64,000 bases of DNA from Roseibacillus sp. (GCA_051251855.1 JBPOGI010000006.1:256001-320000), one strand, 5' to 3'. Positions 26,586 through 36,897 are shown, counted from the first letter of the stretch. Numbers and translations are program-made. Notes: generated from the letters alone by a model not told the origin.

Positions 26586-28331
26586 TGCCTTCTTCTTGAT
26601 GACCAATAGGCGCACGTCGGCTACCATTTCCCCCGGAATGTCTTTGGCTTGGAGAGTCAGGGTGTCGGTGCCCTTTTTGAGTTTGAGGGTTCCAAGTGAG
26701 AGGGGTTTGAAGTCTTTGACATAGGATTCGCTTGTTCCTCGGGAACTGCGGTCGGACTCAGCGCCTCGAAGCTGTGGATCATGAGCGTGCTGAACCTTGG
26801 CGTTTACCTTAGATTTTCCCAAGGACATCTCAATAGTGGAGCCCACCGATTCCGAGGGGCAGGTGTAGTAGAGAATGGCCTCGTAATCGGCAGTCTCGTG
26901 GACCTCGACTTCCCAAGTGATTTTATCTTCGAGTGTCGTCCAGTTGGAGAAGAAGGAGCAGTTGGGAGCGCGAGCGCTGCGGATGATATTTCCGTGGGCC
27001 TTGCCATCGCGGGCAGGAAGGTTGGTCAACGTTGCGTGACCGATGCTGAAGGGCTTTGGAGGAGCATTACGTAATGCTGCCACCTCATTGAGATAGCTTG
27101 CGCCGACTTGATGAAGGTTGGCCGCAGTCTGGGGGTGATTGGGTGCAATATTTGTTCGTTGACCTAGGTCGTTGGTTAAATCGTAGAGTTCTCCGGAATG
27201 AAGGTAACGGTATTGTTGGTTCCGCACGCTCCACTTTTCTCTCTTTCCCTGTCCCCACACGGAAATCAAATTTCGGCTCGGCCAGTTGATTTTCTCCCCT
27301 CTTAGGAGAGGAGTGACATTGCGACCATCGATAGAGTTTACTGGTTGAAAATTGATGCCAGCAAGCTTGCTCAAGGTAGGCAGAAGGTCGATTGCCCCAG
27401 CGATTTGAGGGATAACTCGGCCGGCGGGAATGACGCCCGGATAGCGAATATGGCAGGGGACGCGCACACCTCCTTCGTCGACGCTGCCCTTGCGGCCTTT
27501 CATGTCGCCGTTCCATCGCCAGCCGTTGGGGCCGTTGTCGGAGAAGTAGATGACGATGGTTTCTTTGCTAAGGTCGAGGGTGTCGAGATGTTTGAGAACG
27601 CGTCCCACGTTCCAGTCGATATTTTCGACCATGGCGAGAGCCGCTTTGAGGTGGGCGGGCTCTTCTTTGTTGGGTTCGCGATGCTTCATGTGGAGGTCGC
27701 GCTGTGTGACACGGTCGAAAAATTCGTCGGGCACTTGCATGGGGGAATGTGGAGTGCAGTAGGGTAAATAGCAGAGAAAAGGCTTTTCCTTATTCTCACT
27801 GATGAAGTCCATGGCGGCAGTGGTGAGGTGGTCGATGATAAAGCCCTCCCCGCGGGTCACCTTGCCATTATGCTCTAGGAGGGAATCGAAGTAGTGACCC
27901 CAGTGGCCCGAGGTGAAGCCGAGGAATTCGTCGAAACCTTGGGAGTTGGGATGGTAGGGATGTTGGGAGCCGTTGTGCCATTTTCCAAATGCGCCGGTTG
28001 CATAACCAGCTTTTTGGAAGACCTCGGCAAGGGTGAGTTCGTCGGGATTCATACGCTCGAAGCCTTCTGAGACTCCGCTTACTCCGGTGCGGCAAAAGTA
28101 GCGTCCTGTTAGGAATTCCGCTCGGGTGGGTGCACAGACGGGGCACACAAAGAAGCGTTCGAAGGAGGCTCCGTCTGTGGCTAGGGAGTCAATGTGTGGG
28201 GTTGCGAGGTTGCTATTGCCGTGGAGGCTCAAGTCGCCCCAGCCTTGGTCATCTGCCAGGAAAATGATGATATTAGGTTGGCCCGAAAGAGCAGCGGTAA
28301 GAAAGAAAAGGGGAGTAAGAAGACGGAGCAT
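26580..28331 (-). CDS. Arylsulfatase with C-terminal beta-sandwich extension
   Basis: PNIIIFLADDQGWGD, CAPTR, GKWH, SDNG, EGGVRVP, ELYDL. Confidence 0.95.
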   Translation of the reverse strand: MLRLLTPLFFLTAALSGQPNIIIFLADDQGWGDLSLHGNSNLATPHIDSLATDGASFERFFVCPVCAPTRAEFLTGRYFCRTGVSGVSEGFERMNPDELTLAEVFQKAGYATGAFGKWHNGSQHPYHPNSQGFDEFLGFTSGHWGHYFDSLLEHNGKVTRGEGFIIDHLTTAAMDFISENKEKPFLCYLPYCTPHSPMQVPDEFFDRVTQRDLHMKHREPNKEEPAHLKAALAMVENIDWNVGRVLKHLDTLDLSKETIVIYFSDNGPNGWRWNGDMKGRKGSVDEGGVRVPCHIRYPGVIPAGRVIPQIAGAIDLLPTLSKLAGINFQPVNSIDGRNVTPLLRGEKINWPSRNLISVWGQGKREKWSVRNQQYRYLHSGELYDLTNDLGQRTNIAPNHPQTAANLHQVGASYLNEVAALRNAPPKPFSIGHATLTNLPARDGKAHGNIIRSARAPNCSFFSNWTTLEDKITWEVEVHETADYEAILYYTCPSESVGSTIEMSLGKSKVNAKVQHAHDPQLRGAESDRSSRGTSESYVKDFKPLSLGTLKLKKGTDTLTLQAKDIPGEMVADVRLLVIKKKAS

Positions 28332-28423
28332 TCTCAGGACTACGGGGTTGTTGAGAGGGAGTCTTTCGAGGATTTGCCGCAATAGGAGCAGGGGCTGAGG
28401 GGGATTTACTGATTTTAGAATGG

Positions 28424-29167
28424 ATGCAGGTGCTTTCTGACGACAACTTGAGTCTGGTGTTCGTTCTTATCTTCCTCTTTTTCTTTATCGCACTGCTTTA
28501 CTCGTCAGTGGGCTTTGGGGGTGGGTCATCGTACACGGCAGTGTTGGCTTGGCGGGGGGAGAGTCCTGAGGTCATTCGACTCATTTCACTCGCTTGTAAT
28601 TTGGTCGTGGTCGTCATCGGGGGATGGGCAAGCTTACGAGCTAGGCAGGTGAAGAAGGAACTCTTGCTGCCGTTGTTGGCGAGCTCGGTGCCTGGGGTTT
28701 GGGTGGGGGCTCATTGGAAGATTGCTGAGGGGTTCTTTTTTCAGATTCTAGGAGTGGCGTTGTTGGTCGCTGGGGTTTTGCTGTTCTTAAAAGTGAGCGA
28801 GCGTGAGGAAAGAAAGTTGGCTTTGACCGTCTTGCTCGGGATTGGGTTTTTCTTAGGTCTTTTGGCTGGGGTGACCGGAATTGGGGGAGGAATTTATTTG
28901 GTGCCGGTGTTGCATTTGCTCGGAGCGGGGAAGGCTCGCGAGGTGGCCGCGGTGGGGACTTGGTTTATTTTGGTCAACTCCGCGGTTGGGCTCTTGGTGC
29001 TGACTCCTTCAGCGGATTGGTCTCAGCCTGGCTGGTTGCCGCTGGTGGTGGCGGGTGGTGGTGTGATTGGAGCACGCCTTTTGCAAGGCGTCTTCGATGA
29101 GACGATGGTGCGTCGCTGGACGGGAGCACTCATTCTGGTGGTGGCCGGACGAGTGCTTTTTTTCTGA
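28424..29167 (+). CDS. Sulfite exporter TauE/SafE family
   Basis: SSVGFGGGSSY and GVTGIGGGIYLVP repeats, about 8 TM helices. Confidence 0.88.
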   Translation: MQVLSDDNLSLVFVLIFLFFFIALLYSSVGFGGGSSYTAVLAWRGESPEVIRLISLACNLVVVVIGGWASLRARQVKKELLLPLLASSVPGVWVGAHWKIAEGFFFQILGVALLVAGVLLFLKVSEREERKLALTVLLGIGFFLGLLAGVTGIGGGIYLVPVLHLLGAGKAREVAAVGTWFILVNSAVGLLVLTPSADWSQPGWLPLVVAGGGVIGARLLQGVFDETMVRRWTGALILVVAGRVLFF

Positions 29168-29202
29168 TGATGCTCGAGGGGAGACTCTTTCCCAAAGAGC
29201 GC

Positions 29203-32200
29203 CTAGGAATTGAGCCACGAGCAGAGGGACTCCACGTGCTGGGCGGATCCGTCTCGCATCCAGCCATCGAGTTGGGCTGGGTCTTTGAGTTGTTGGCCGC
29301 GCAGACGGGAGACGGCGAAGTAGCCAACGTTTGCTTCTGGTAAAGTGGTAAGGTCGCCCCAGAGTTTTTCGAATTGGGTGACAGGGAAGACGTCTTCCTG
29401 ACCGTGGCCCCAGCGCTTTTTAACGTCTTTGAGGGTGATGTAGGTGGGGAGGCGTTGGGCGAGACGACGCAGAGCTCCTTGGATGAGCTCTTGTCGATCT
29501 TTGAGAATATCATCGCGGGTGAGGCCGATGAGGAATAGGAATTGGTCGATGTCGATCCAAGTGGTGAGGGTGTTGTAGTAGGTGAGGTTGAACTCGGCTT
29601 CGTCGTTGGGCATGGCGAGTCCTTCCACAAGCCGGGGAGCACCGTTGACGCGGGCGAGGCCACCTCCTCGGTCTTCGAGGCGACGATTGATGACTTCAAA
29701 AGTGAGGCCTTGTCCCGACTGGCGATGATGGCCGAGAAGAGTGGGGTCGAGGTTGGCTCCGAGGGTATCGATGTTGTGAAGAAGAAGAGTGCGGAGTTGG
29801 GGGCGTTCTTCTAACAGTTGTTTGAGGGTGCCGTTGAGAATGAGGTTGGGAATCTCGAAGTAGTGTCCAACGGGGTGGAGGCACTGGAGGGGAAGGTTGT
29901 CGGTATAGTCGGCGGCTTGTCCAGTAGTGCGTGCCCAATTGATGAGAGCGGAGCGCACAGACTCACGGACTTTTTCCTGCTGTTCATCAAGGCGTTGTTG
30001 GGCAACTTCTTCCCATGCGAAGCGTAGGTCGCGCTCGGTGGGAATCATGCGAAGCCCTACCGATTGGCCCTGTGAGAGGTGAAGGGAACCGGGGTATAGA
30101 TAGTTTTTAACGGACTCGAGAAAAGCGCGGGTGGGTTCGTGGGTGAGGAAGGAGGTGGTGAAGACGTGGGGCACTGCGGATCCAGCGGCTTGGGAGATGA
30201 GGCGAGATTTGGCGAGGTGGACTTCGAGAAAGGTTCTGAAGTTCCCGCTGAGAGGAGCGAAGGGGTTGAGGGCCTTGCAAGTGCCGGCACCACCGGTCCA
30301 GCGAGAGCCAGCTCCGGCTGCTAAAGTGACGACGGCAACTTCGCCATTACGCAGGGCAGCTTCCCCGATTTTACGAGCTTCGGTGCTCGGTGCGGTGGCG
30401 GTGTCGAGGATGTCTGCTGGTTCGACATCTTGGAGGTCGGTGTTGGAGGGAAGTCTGTTTTGGGACAGGCCAAAGCGCCCACTGAGAAGGTCTTCGCGGA
30501 TGGATTCGTGCAGCTTGTGGTCGAATCCGTTTTTGGTGAGAAGGTTGGTGAGGCTGCCTTCGCCTTGGCTGGTATCGGCTGCGTTCTTGGGGAGGACGCT
30601 ATCGAAGAGTTGATGAATCGAATTCTGGAAACGAGGGTGGTCGAGGGAGGCTGCGCGATAGGTCGCGAGGTCGGCGCGTTGGAGCTTAGTGAGTTGATTC
30701 TGGGGCTTGCTGAGAAGCTGGGGGATGTGGATTTGGTAATAGTCTGGGGGTAACAGGGACTGGGTGTCTTCTAACAGATTGGCGACGGTGCCGTGGGGGT
30801 TGATGGCGAAGTCGTAGACGACGGGGTCCATCGCAAAAGGGAGTGCCTTTTCGAGCCGCTGTTTCTCGGCAAGCATGAGCTCGGCGAGTTTGGCTTGAGC
30901 CTCGGCCTTGCGATGGGGGGCAAAGATGAATCCCATGCCGCCTCCTGACATGCCACCGAGCATCCAGAAACCCCAGAAGTCGTCGCCAAAGTGTTGAAAG
31001 GTGCGGGCGATGAGAGTCTCGGTGAAGAGGTTGGTTGCCCAAGGAATAATGGTTTGAAGAGGACCGTAGAAGTTCTTGGTGGTGGCAGTTCCGAGGGCTT
31101 TGATGTCGCCTTTTTTAAGGGCTTCGATGAGCTCCTCCAATAGGGCGAGGGCTTCTTGGCGGGCCTTCCATTCTTTGCTGGAACGGAGGAGGTATTTCTC
31201 ACTCACCATTTCCAAAATGGGCCCGACGTTTTGGGCCATACCGCCGTGAACAAGGACGAGGGAGTCTTGGAGAGCTTGGCGGGCACTTGCGGGGATTTCA
31301 TCTTCGCTAAAGACATGGTGAGTGGGCATGAGGCGACCGCGTGAGATGCCATACTCGGGGTCTTCGGGGCCGGCCTCTTCGCCGCTAATGAGTTTGATGC
31401 CAGGCCAGACGCCGCCGGAATCTTGCCAGCCGCCGCCGGAGCCGCCGATCCATTCGCCGAGGATGGCGCGGGCGAGGATAAGCCGGCGTTCGTTTTCTTG
31501 CAGAGGGCCGGTGAGAGATTGGGTCTGGCCCGTGGCGCGCATGAGGACGCCAATGAGGGCGGCGAGGAGGTTGGTGGAGACGGCGAGACGGGAACCCTTG
31601 GGGATATTGTTTACGGAGGAGACGAGTTCGATTCCTCGTCCGGGGCCGACGAGTTTTTCAAGGAGGTTGGAAAGTTTTTGGCCGGAGCCTTCGACGCCGG
31701 GAGGAACGATACCTGCGGCGATGACGGCAGCCTTGAGAAGTCCAAGGTAGTCTTTAGCAAAGTCAAAGACTTCTCCGAGGCTGTCGATGGTGGCGGTGGC
31801 TTTGAGATCGACAGAGGTGAGCCGAATGACGGGCTCGTCGATGACGCGGAGGTAGGCTTCGACAGGAGGAGCGGTTTTAGCATCGCGGCCGTGGACGCCG
31901 AGGTCGACGGAGACGTTGATGACTTTGGCGCCTTCAGGAAAATCCATTCCGAGAAAGAAAATGTCGGACCAAGCGCTATGGGTAAGGTCCATGCGTACGG
32001 GGGTGCTCTCGAGTAAGATGGGGGCGGAGTTTCCGGTTGAAGTCAGGAGTTCGGGGCGGAAACGCAGAGGGTGGTCGGCGGGGTGTCCCATACGGAACAT
32101 CCACTGGTTGCCGCGTACAGTGCGGACCGACTTGCGCACTTGATTGGCGAGAGTTTGGAATGCGAGCTGATGGTAGGCGTTGGCGAGGGCTGAAGAAATG

Positions 32201-32526
32201 GCGTCGCCTGGTCCTTCGGTCTTTTGGGTGGTTAGGAAAGTATCGATGGCTTCTTGAAAGCGACGATCGAGGAGATGCTGATGGCCTGCAAAGGGGATTT
32301 GCCCGACAGGATGGCTGGCAAGTTGAGGGGGGAGGTGGAAACGGTGAAGGGCGTGGAGGAAGAAGAGGGCGCGGACTCGGTGATAGAGGTTGTCGGATTC
32401 ACGGCGGAATTGATCAAGCTCTTCGGCTTCGGTGAGGAGTTGTTGCAAGGTGAGCTCTTCGCAGGCGGCGGCGAGAGCGGTGTCGCGGGTGGCGGCGTCA
32501 GAGCTGGTGATGAGATTGGAGAGCAT
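29203..32526 (-). CDS. Fused GHMP sugar kinase (fucokinase-like) / UDPGP-family nucleotidyltransferase
   Basis: PVRMDL, NIPKGSRLAVST, GGGWQD and MLGGMSGGG (kinase); LAAGAGSRW...K, HPVGH, HNIDTLGA, GGGL, YNT and QFEK (pyrophosphorylase). Confidence 0.85.
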   Translation of the reverse strand: MLSNLITSSDAATRDTALAAACEELTLQQLLTEAEELDQFRRESDNLYHRVRALFFLHALHRFHLPPQLASHPVGQIPFAGHQHLLDRRFQEAIDTFLTTQKTEGPGDAISSALANAYHQLAFQTLANQVRKSVRTVRGNQWMFRMGHPADHPLRFRPELLTSTGNSAPILLESTPVRMDLTHSAWSDIFFLGMDFPEGAKVINVSVDLGVHGRDAKTAPPVEAYLRVIDEPVIRLTSVDLKATATIDSLGEVFDFAKDYLGLLKAAVIAAGIVPPGVEGSGQKLSNLLEKLVGPGRGIELVSSVNNIPKGSRLAVSTNLLAALIGVLMRATGQTQSLTGPLQENERRLILARAILGEWIGGSGGGWQDSGGVWPGIKLISGEEAGPEDPEYGISRGRLMPTHHVFSEDEIPASARQALQDSLVLVHGGMAQNVGPILEMVSEKYLLRSSKEWKARQEALALLEELIEALKKGDIKALGTATTKNFYGPLQTIIPWATNLFTETLIARTFQHFGDDFWGFWMLGGMSGGGMGFIFAPHRKAEAQAKLAELMLAEKQRLEKALPFAMDPVVYDFAINPHGTVANLLEDTQSLLPPDYYQIHIPQLLSKPQNQLTKLQRADLATYRAASLDHPRFQNSIHQLFDSVLPKNAADTSQGEGSLTNLLTKNGFDHKLHESIREDLLSGRFGLSQNRLPSNTDLQDVEPADILDTATAPSTEARKIGEAALRNGEVAVVTLAAGAGSRWTGGAGTCKALNPFAPLSGNFRTFLEVHLAKSRLISQAAGSAVPHVFTTSFLTHEPTRAFLESVKNYLYPGSLHLSQGQSVGLRMIPTERDLRFAWEEVAQQRLDEQQEKVRESVRSALINWARTTGQAADYTDNLPLQCLHPVGHYFEIPNLILNGTLKQLLEERPQLRTLLLHNIDTLGANLDPTLLGHHRQSGQGLTFEVINRRLEDRGGGLARVNGAPRLVEGLAMPNDEAEFNLTYYNTLTTWIDIDQFLFLIGLTRDDILKDRQELIQGALRRLAQRLPTYITLKDVKKRWGHGQEDVFPVTQFEKLWGDLTTLPEANVGYFAVSRLRGQQLKDPAQLDGWMRDGSAQHVESLCSWLNS

Positions 32527-32586
32527 GGGAGAGGGATTTGTGATTGGACGGAACGAGTGGCGAACGACTGAAGTCGGGCCTCCGTA

Positions 32587-33420
32587 CTAGGCGAGAAGTT
32601 CGATGATGGTGGCCATGACTTCGTCGCGATGGGGGCCGGCGAGGGAGAGTGCGAGTTGAGCACGGAGGAGGCCGTAGCGCTCACCGAGGTTAAAGCGCTG
32701 TCCGTCAATACGAAGGGCGAGATACTCACCGCTATCAGCAAGATGTTGCAGGGTGTTGTTCAGTCCGAGGGTTTTTCCTTTGGGGAGTGTTTCTAACTGT
32801 TCCTTGAGGTGAGTGATGGTCTTGGCGGGAAGGACGTGCATCCCAAAGAAGCAGAGGTAGTGCCCAGCTCGCAAGCCGGGGACGATGAGTTCTTGTTCCG
32901 CAAGAGTGGGGGTGGGCTTTTCGCTGATGCCGGAGACTTCGTAGAGGTTCTGGCTACCGGCCTGTAGGTTGGCAGCGACGGTGCCGTAGAGGTGGAGTTG
33001 GGATTCGTGAGTGGGTTGAACGCCAGAGATGGTGGCGTTTTCGTTGGCAGCAAGTGCTATGATTTGTTGGACACAGGATTCTTCTCCGAGGGAGCGGAAT
33101 AAATGGTCACCTACGAGAAGGAGGAAAGGGTCTTCATCAATGAAGTCTCCGGCCAATGAGACGGCGTGGCCGTAGCCGAGGGGTTCTTCTTGCTCAAAAA
33201 AGGTGATACGCTCGGCATGTGAGCCTGCGGCGAGTTGATAGCGCTCAGCTTCTCCCGGAGGAATGATGAGAGCGACGGCTTCGATACCTGCGGTAAAAAC
33301 CTCAGCGAGAAGAATCTGGAGGGCGGTGCGGGTTTCTCCTTTGGAATCGATGAGAGTTTGAAGAGGGAGGTGTTTGTCAGCGGGGTTGGCGGAGGTAATG
33401 ACTGCTTTGGAGACGTTCAT
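32587..33420 (-). CDS. GalU-like nucleotidyltransferase with degenerate N-terminal motif
   Basis: KAVIT, QEEPLGYGHAV, FLLLVGDH, YGTV, EKP. The canonical AAGxGTR...PKE loop is absent. Confidence 0.8.
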   Translation of the reverse strand: MNVSKAVITSANPADKHLPLQTLIDSKGETRTALQILLAEVFTAGIEAVALIIPPGEAERYQLAAGSHAERITFFEQEEPLGYGHAVSLAGDFIDEDPFLLLVGDHLFRSLGEESCVQQIIALAANENATISGVQPTHESQLHLYGTVAANLQAGSQNLYEVSGISEKPTPTLAEQELIVPGLRAGHYLCFFGMHVLPAKTITHLKEQLETLPKGKTLGLNNTLQHLADSGEYLALRIDGQRFNLGERYGLLRAQLALSLAGPHRDEVMATIIELLA

Positions 33421-33487
33421 GGGAGAGAGCTTTTAACGCTCAGGGAGATAGCTTCCTAAGCGATAAATAGCGAGCCAGTTTTCGTCC

Positions 33488-35341
33488 TTATCGATGAAGG
33501 AGGGGAGCGAGCCAGAGGGCCCAGTCAGCACCCTTACCGTCTCCGGCATCATCGGTGATAAGCTCTAAGCGAGTGACACCTGCGAGATTGATGGAAAAGG
33601 GGTGAGAGTCGCCCGTCTTGACGACAGGAGAGCGATAGACTTCGCGGCCGTCGGCTTTGATGACAAAAACGCAGCTGCCGCCACGGCTTTCGGCAAGTCC
33701 ACAGGTTCCAGTCAATTTTTGCCATCCTTTGTCAAGTTGGTAGCGGTGGAGGGCGGGGGCGTGGGCATAGATGCCGTGCGAGTGAAGTTTGCCGGCTGAG
33801 ATCATGAGCAGGTCGGCATTGGGGAGGTGGTCGTAGGCGGGCTTTCCGTAGCCGACATTCTGCTCAGCAGGTGCGATGTCGCTGAGGGGGATTGTCTTAC
33901 GGTCGAGGGGAATTTCGTCGATGGAGGTTTGTTGTTTGTCGGTCACGCCGGCGACCAGTCGCTTGGCGAGTTGGTTGGTGTGGTTAAGAACGGGGCCGGG
34001 CCCGAGCTTGGTATGGAGATGGTCGAAACTCTCTTGGAGTTGAGAGTGATCGCGCGCATTGAGGGCTTTGATGAGAGGAGCGAGGGCGAAGTGTGTTTGG
34101 AGAGAAGAGATTTGGGGGAGGCCTTCTTTGGTGACGGAGTAGGAATAGGTTTTTTGGCTGGTTGCTCCATTGACGTGGCAGGAAAGGATACGGAGTTCGG
34201 CACGTCTTCCAGGAATGAGATACTGGCAATCGAGAGTGAAGTTCCCTTTGGCATCGGGGACAGCGGTAACGGTATGGGCGTTATAGTCGCCACCGCCTTC
34301 GGGGTCGAGGTAGGCGACCATTCCGTAAATGGGGACATTGGTGGTGACTCGACCGGAGAAGGTGAAGGAGTTGTCCGAAGGGTTGACCTCTAGGTCATGT
34401 AAGTCGGAGTGGGCGTGAATCTGAAGTGCTTTTTGTGAGCGAGAGAAGAGAGGTTGGGAAGCGAGACGAAGCGCGCTGGCGAAGGTAAGGTGGGAGCCGG
34501 GCCCTTCGTTACGATCCTCGTCGCTGTATGTGCGATTGCCTTCGCCCATGAGAGCGCGGTGGCCGTCGTTTCGGTATTTAGGTGCTTCGCGATTGTGAGG
34601 AAGAGAGAGGGCGTGTCCGAGTTCATGGGCGATACCGCCGATGAAGATGGAATTGTGTTTGCCGAGGGAAATTTTGCCATATTCACTATCGGTGATGATG
34701 GGTTCGGTGGCTGCAATTTTGGCGATAGCGAGTTCAGGGGAGTCTAATTGCCAAGCATTGCCACCGCGATGGGAGCCGCCGGCGTAGTAGGGGGACTTAT
34801 GGGAAAAGGTCTTTTTCTGTGGATCCCAGTTGGCCATATTACAGAAGATGAGGAGGGTTTCGTGATTGGGATTGAGGCCAGCGGCACGCAGGGTGGGGAG
34901 GCATTCTTCGCGGATGGCACGTCCGGATTTCTTATCATATTGGGCAAAGGTGTTCTTGCCACGAACGAGATGAATTTTGAGAAGGCCTGCTTCATCTTTT
35001 GGTAGCGGGAATACGAGGGGCCCGAATCCGTTTCGCTCCATTTCGTCGCGATAAAAGTCTTGGATGTGAAGCATGATGCCGGTGAGACGTTCGCGGAATT
35101 GGGCGGCGGGCTCGCGGTCGGATGGGGTCCAGTAGACGACGTGCAAAGTGCGGGCTGAGGGCGCGGGGTTGTCACTCTGCCATTGGGTGAGTGTTGCTCG
35201 GGCGGCTTTGGCTTGAGCTTGTTCAGAATGGGTGAGTGGGGGTTTGATGTTGGCCGCAGAAGGAATCGACTTTCGTTCGGCAAAGAGCCACGCACCTACT
35301 GCAAGAAGGAGGGAAAGAGAGATGAGGGGGAATCGACGCAT
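33488..35341 (-). CDS. Secreted zincin metallopeptidase with C-terminal NPCBM carbohydrate-binding module
   Basis: AHELGHALSLPH, ALMGEGN Met-turn; GIYAHAPA...FVIKADG...LELITDDAGDGKGADWALW (NPCBM). Confidence 0.85.
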   Translation of the reverse strand: MRRFPLISLSLLLAVGAWLFAERKSIPSAANIKPPLTHSEQAQAKAARATLTQWQSDNPAPSARTLHVVYWTPSDREPAAQFRERLTGIMLHIQDFYRDEMERNGFGPLVFPLPKDEAGLLKIHLVRGKNTFAQYDKKSGRAIREECLPTLRAAGLNPNHETLLIFCNMANWDPQKKTFSHKSPYYAGGSHRGGNAWQLDSPELAIAKIAATEPIITDSEYGKISLGKHNSIFIGGIAHELGHALSLPHNREAPKYRNDGHRALMGEGNRTYSDEDRNEGPGSHLTFASALRLASQPLFSRSQKALQIHAHSDLHDLEVNPSDNSFTFSGRVTTNVPIYGMVAYLDPEGGGDYNAHTVTAVPDAKGNFTLDCQYLIPGRRAELRILSCHVNGATSQKTYSYSVTKEGLPQISSLQTHFALAPLIKALNARDHSQLQESFDHLHTKLGPGPVLNHTNQLAKRLVAGVTDKQQTSIDEIPLDRKTIPLSDIAPAEQNVGYGKPAYDHLPNADLLMISAGKLHSHGIYAHAPALHRYQLDKGWQKLTGTCGLAESRGGSCVFVIKADGREVYRSPVVKTGDSHPFSINLAGVTRLELITDDAGDGKGADWALWLAPLLHR

Positions 35342-35478
35342 GGGCTCAGCTTATCCTTACGGGTGTGGAAGGGGTCTTTATGTCGGAATTCTTCAAAAAA
35401 TTAACGAATTGCGTTTCGATGGCTTTTGGGGTGCTTGACGCTTGGCAGGAAATGTTTGTGCCGCTACCGATTGAGGTG

Positions 35479-36375
35479 ATGATTGCAAAGGTTGTTTCGA
35501 TAGTTTTGGCGGGAAGTCTTATGGGGGATGCTGAAGAGTGGGTGAATCTTTGGTCTGGGGAAGCGCCAGGAGCGAAGCCTTTGCCGGCGGGATCAGAGCA
35601 GGTTGGCGAGGGGTTGCGGTATAGTGAGGTTGAGGTTCCGCAGTATCAGCTCTTTCAGCCGGAGAAGCCGAATGGGCAGGCGATTGTTCTTTTGCCGGGA
35701 GGGGGTTATTCGATCGTGTCGTGCGAGAATGAGGGGGTGGGAGTGGCCAATTGGTGTGTGGAGCGCGGTATCACGGCGATGGTGGTGAAGTATCGAGTCA
35801 GTCGTAAAGATGAGTCGGGTTATCAGTTTCCGGTGCCGCAATTGGATGCACGTCGAGCTATTCGGACGATGCGAGCAAAGGCGGAAGAGTGGGGCGTGGA
35901 GCCGAGTAAGATTGGAGTAATGGGTGCCTCAGCGGGTGGTCATTTGGCTTCGACGTGCGCGACTCTTTTTGACGAAAAATTGGAGTCTGGTGAGGGCGAT
36001 GCCATCGATGCGGTGAGTTGTCGGCCTGACTTTGCGGTGTTGTTGTATCCGGTGATTGGGATGGATAGTCCTTGGGGTCATGGGGGCTCAAAGAGAAGGT
36101 TGCTAGGTGAGAATCCGTCTCCGGAGTTGGTGAAGTTGAATGCGACTCATCTCCAAGTAACGAAGGAAACACCTCCCACTCTGATTGTGCATTCGGCAGA
36201 TGATAAGGCGGTGCCTCTGCGCAACGCGGCGGAGTTTATGAGTGCCTGTGCGGAAAAAGATGTTCCGGTATCGGCGGCGATTTACCCGACCGGGGGTCAT
36301 GGCTTCGGTTGGGAGGGGCGGGGTGCGGCCAAGGAGTGGTTGCAGGTTCTTGAGGTTTGGTTGGGAGAGCTTTAA
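35479..36375 (+). CDS. Alpha/beta hydrolase (carbohydrate esterase, BD-FAE-like)
   Basis: LPGGGY, GVMGASAGGHLA, RPDFAVLLYPVI, HSADD, GGHGFG. Confidence 0.9.
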   Translation: MIAKVVSIVLAGSLMGDAEEWVNLWSGEAPGAKPLPAGSEQVGEGLRYSEVEVPQYQLFQPEKPNGQAIVLLPGGGYSIVSCENEGVGVANWCVERGITAMVVKYRVSRKDESGYQFPVPQLDARRAIRTMRAKAEEWGVEPSKIGVMGASAGGHLASTCATLFDEKLESGEGDAIDAVSCRPDFAVLLYPVIGMDSPWGHGGSKRRLLGENPSPELVKLNATHLQVTKETPPTLIVHSADDKAVPLRNAAEFMSACAEKDVPVSAAIYPTGGHGFGWEGRGAAKEWLQVLEVWLGEL

Positions 36376-36435
36376 GAAACATTTTTAAAGGATCGCAAAG
36401 AGGTTGTGGAGAGGTCTGACTAAGGGGCTACGCCA

Positions 36436-36897
36436 ATGACTAAGAACGATATTCTCCGCCGACTCCGATACGCCTTTGAAATCAACGATGCTGACATCGT
36501 GAAAATTATCGCGCATACGGGGGAAGAGGTGAGTGTGAAGGAAGTGGTGAATTGGTTGAAGAAGGAGACCGACCATAATTGTGTGGAGATTTCGGATGCG
36601 ATGCTTTGTCGCTTTTTGGATGGCTATATCATCGAGAAACGAGGGCTGCGATCTGATGGAACGATTCCAGTGCCGCTGGAGTTTCTCTCTAATAATGAGG
36701 TTTTGAGGAAACTGCGTATTGCTTTGGAGCTTCGCGATGAGGATATGAATGCGGTTTTCGAAAAGACGGAGTTTGTGGTGACGAAGGCGGAGCTGAGTTC
36801 CTTCTTTCGGAAAGAGGGGCATCGCAACTATCGCAAATGCCCGGAGCAGGTTCTGCGGAAATTTATCCAGGGTTTGGGTAGGCAGCGGGAGGAGTGA
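36436..36897 (+). CDS. DUF1456 (YehS) family protein
   Basis: NDILRRLRY, FLDGYIIEKRG, NNEVLRKLRIAL, ELSSFFRKEGHRNYRKC. Confidence 0.92.
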   Translation: MTKNDILRRLRYAFEINDADIVKIIAHTGEEVSVKEVVNWLKKETDHNCVEISDAMLCRFLDGYIIEKRGLRSDGTIPVPLEFLSNNEVLRKLRIALELRDEDMNAVFEKTEFVVTKAELSSFFRKEGHRNYRKCPEQVLRKFIQGLGRQREE

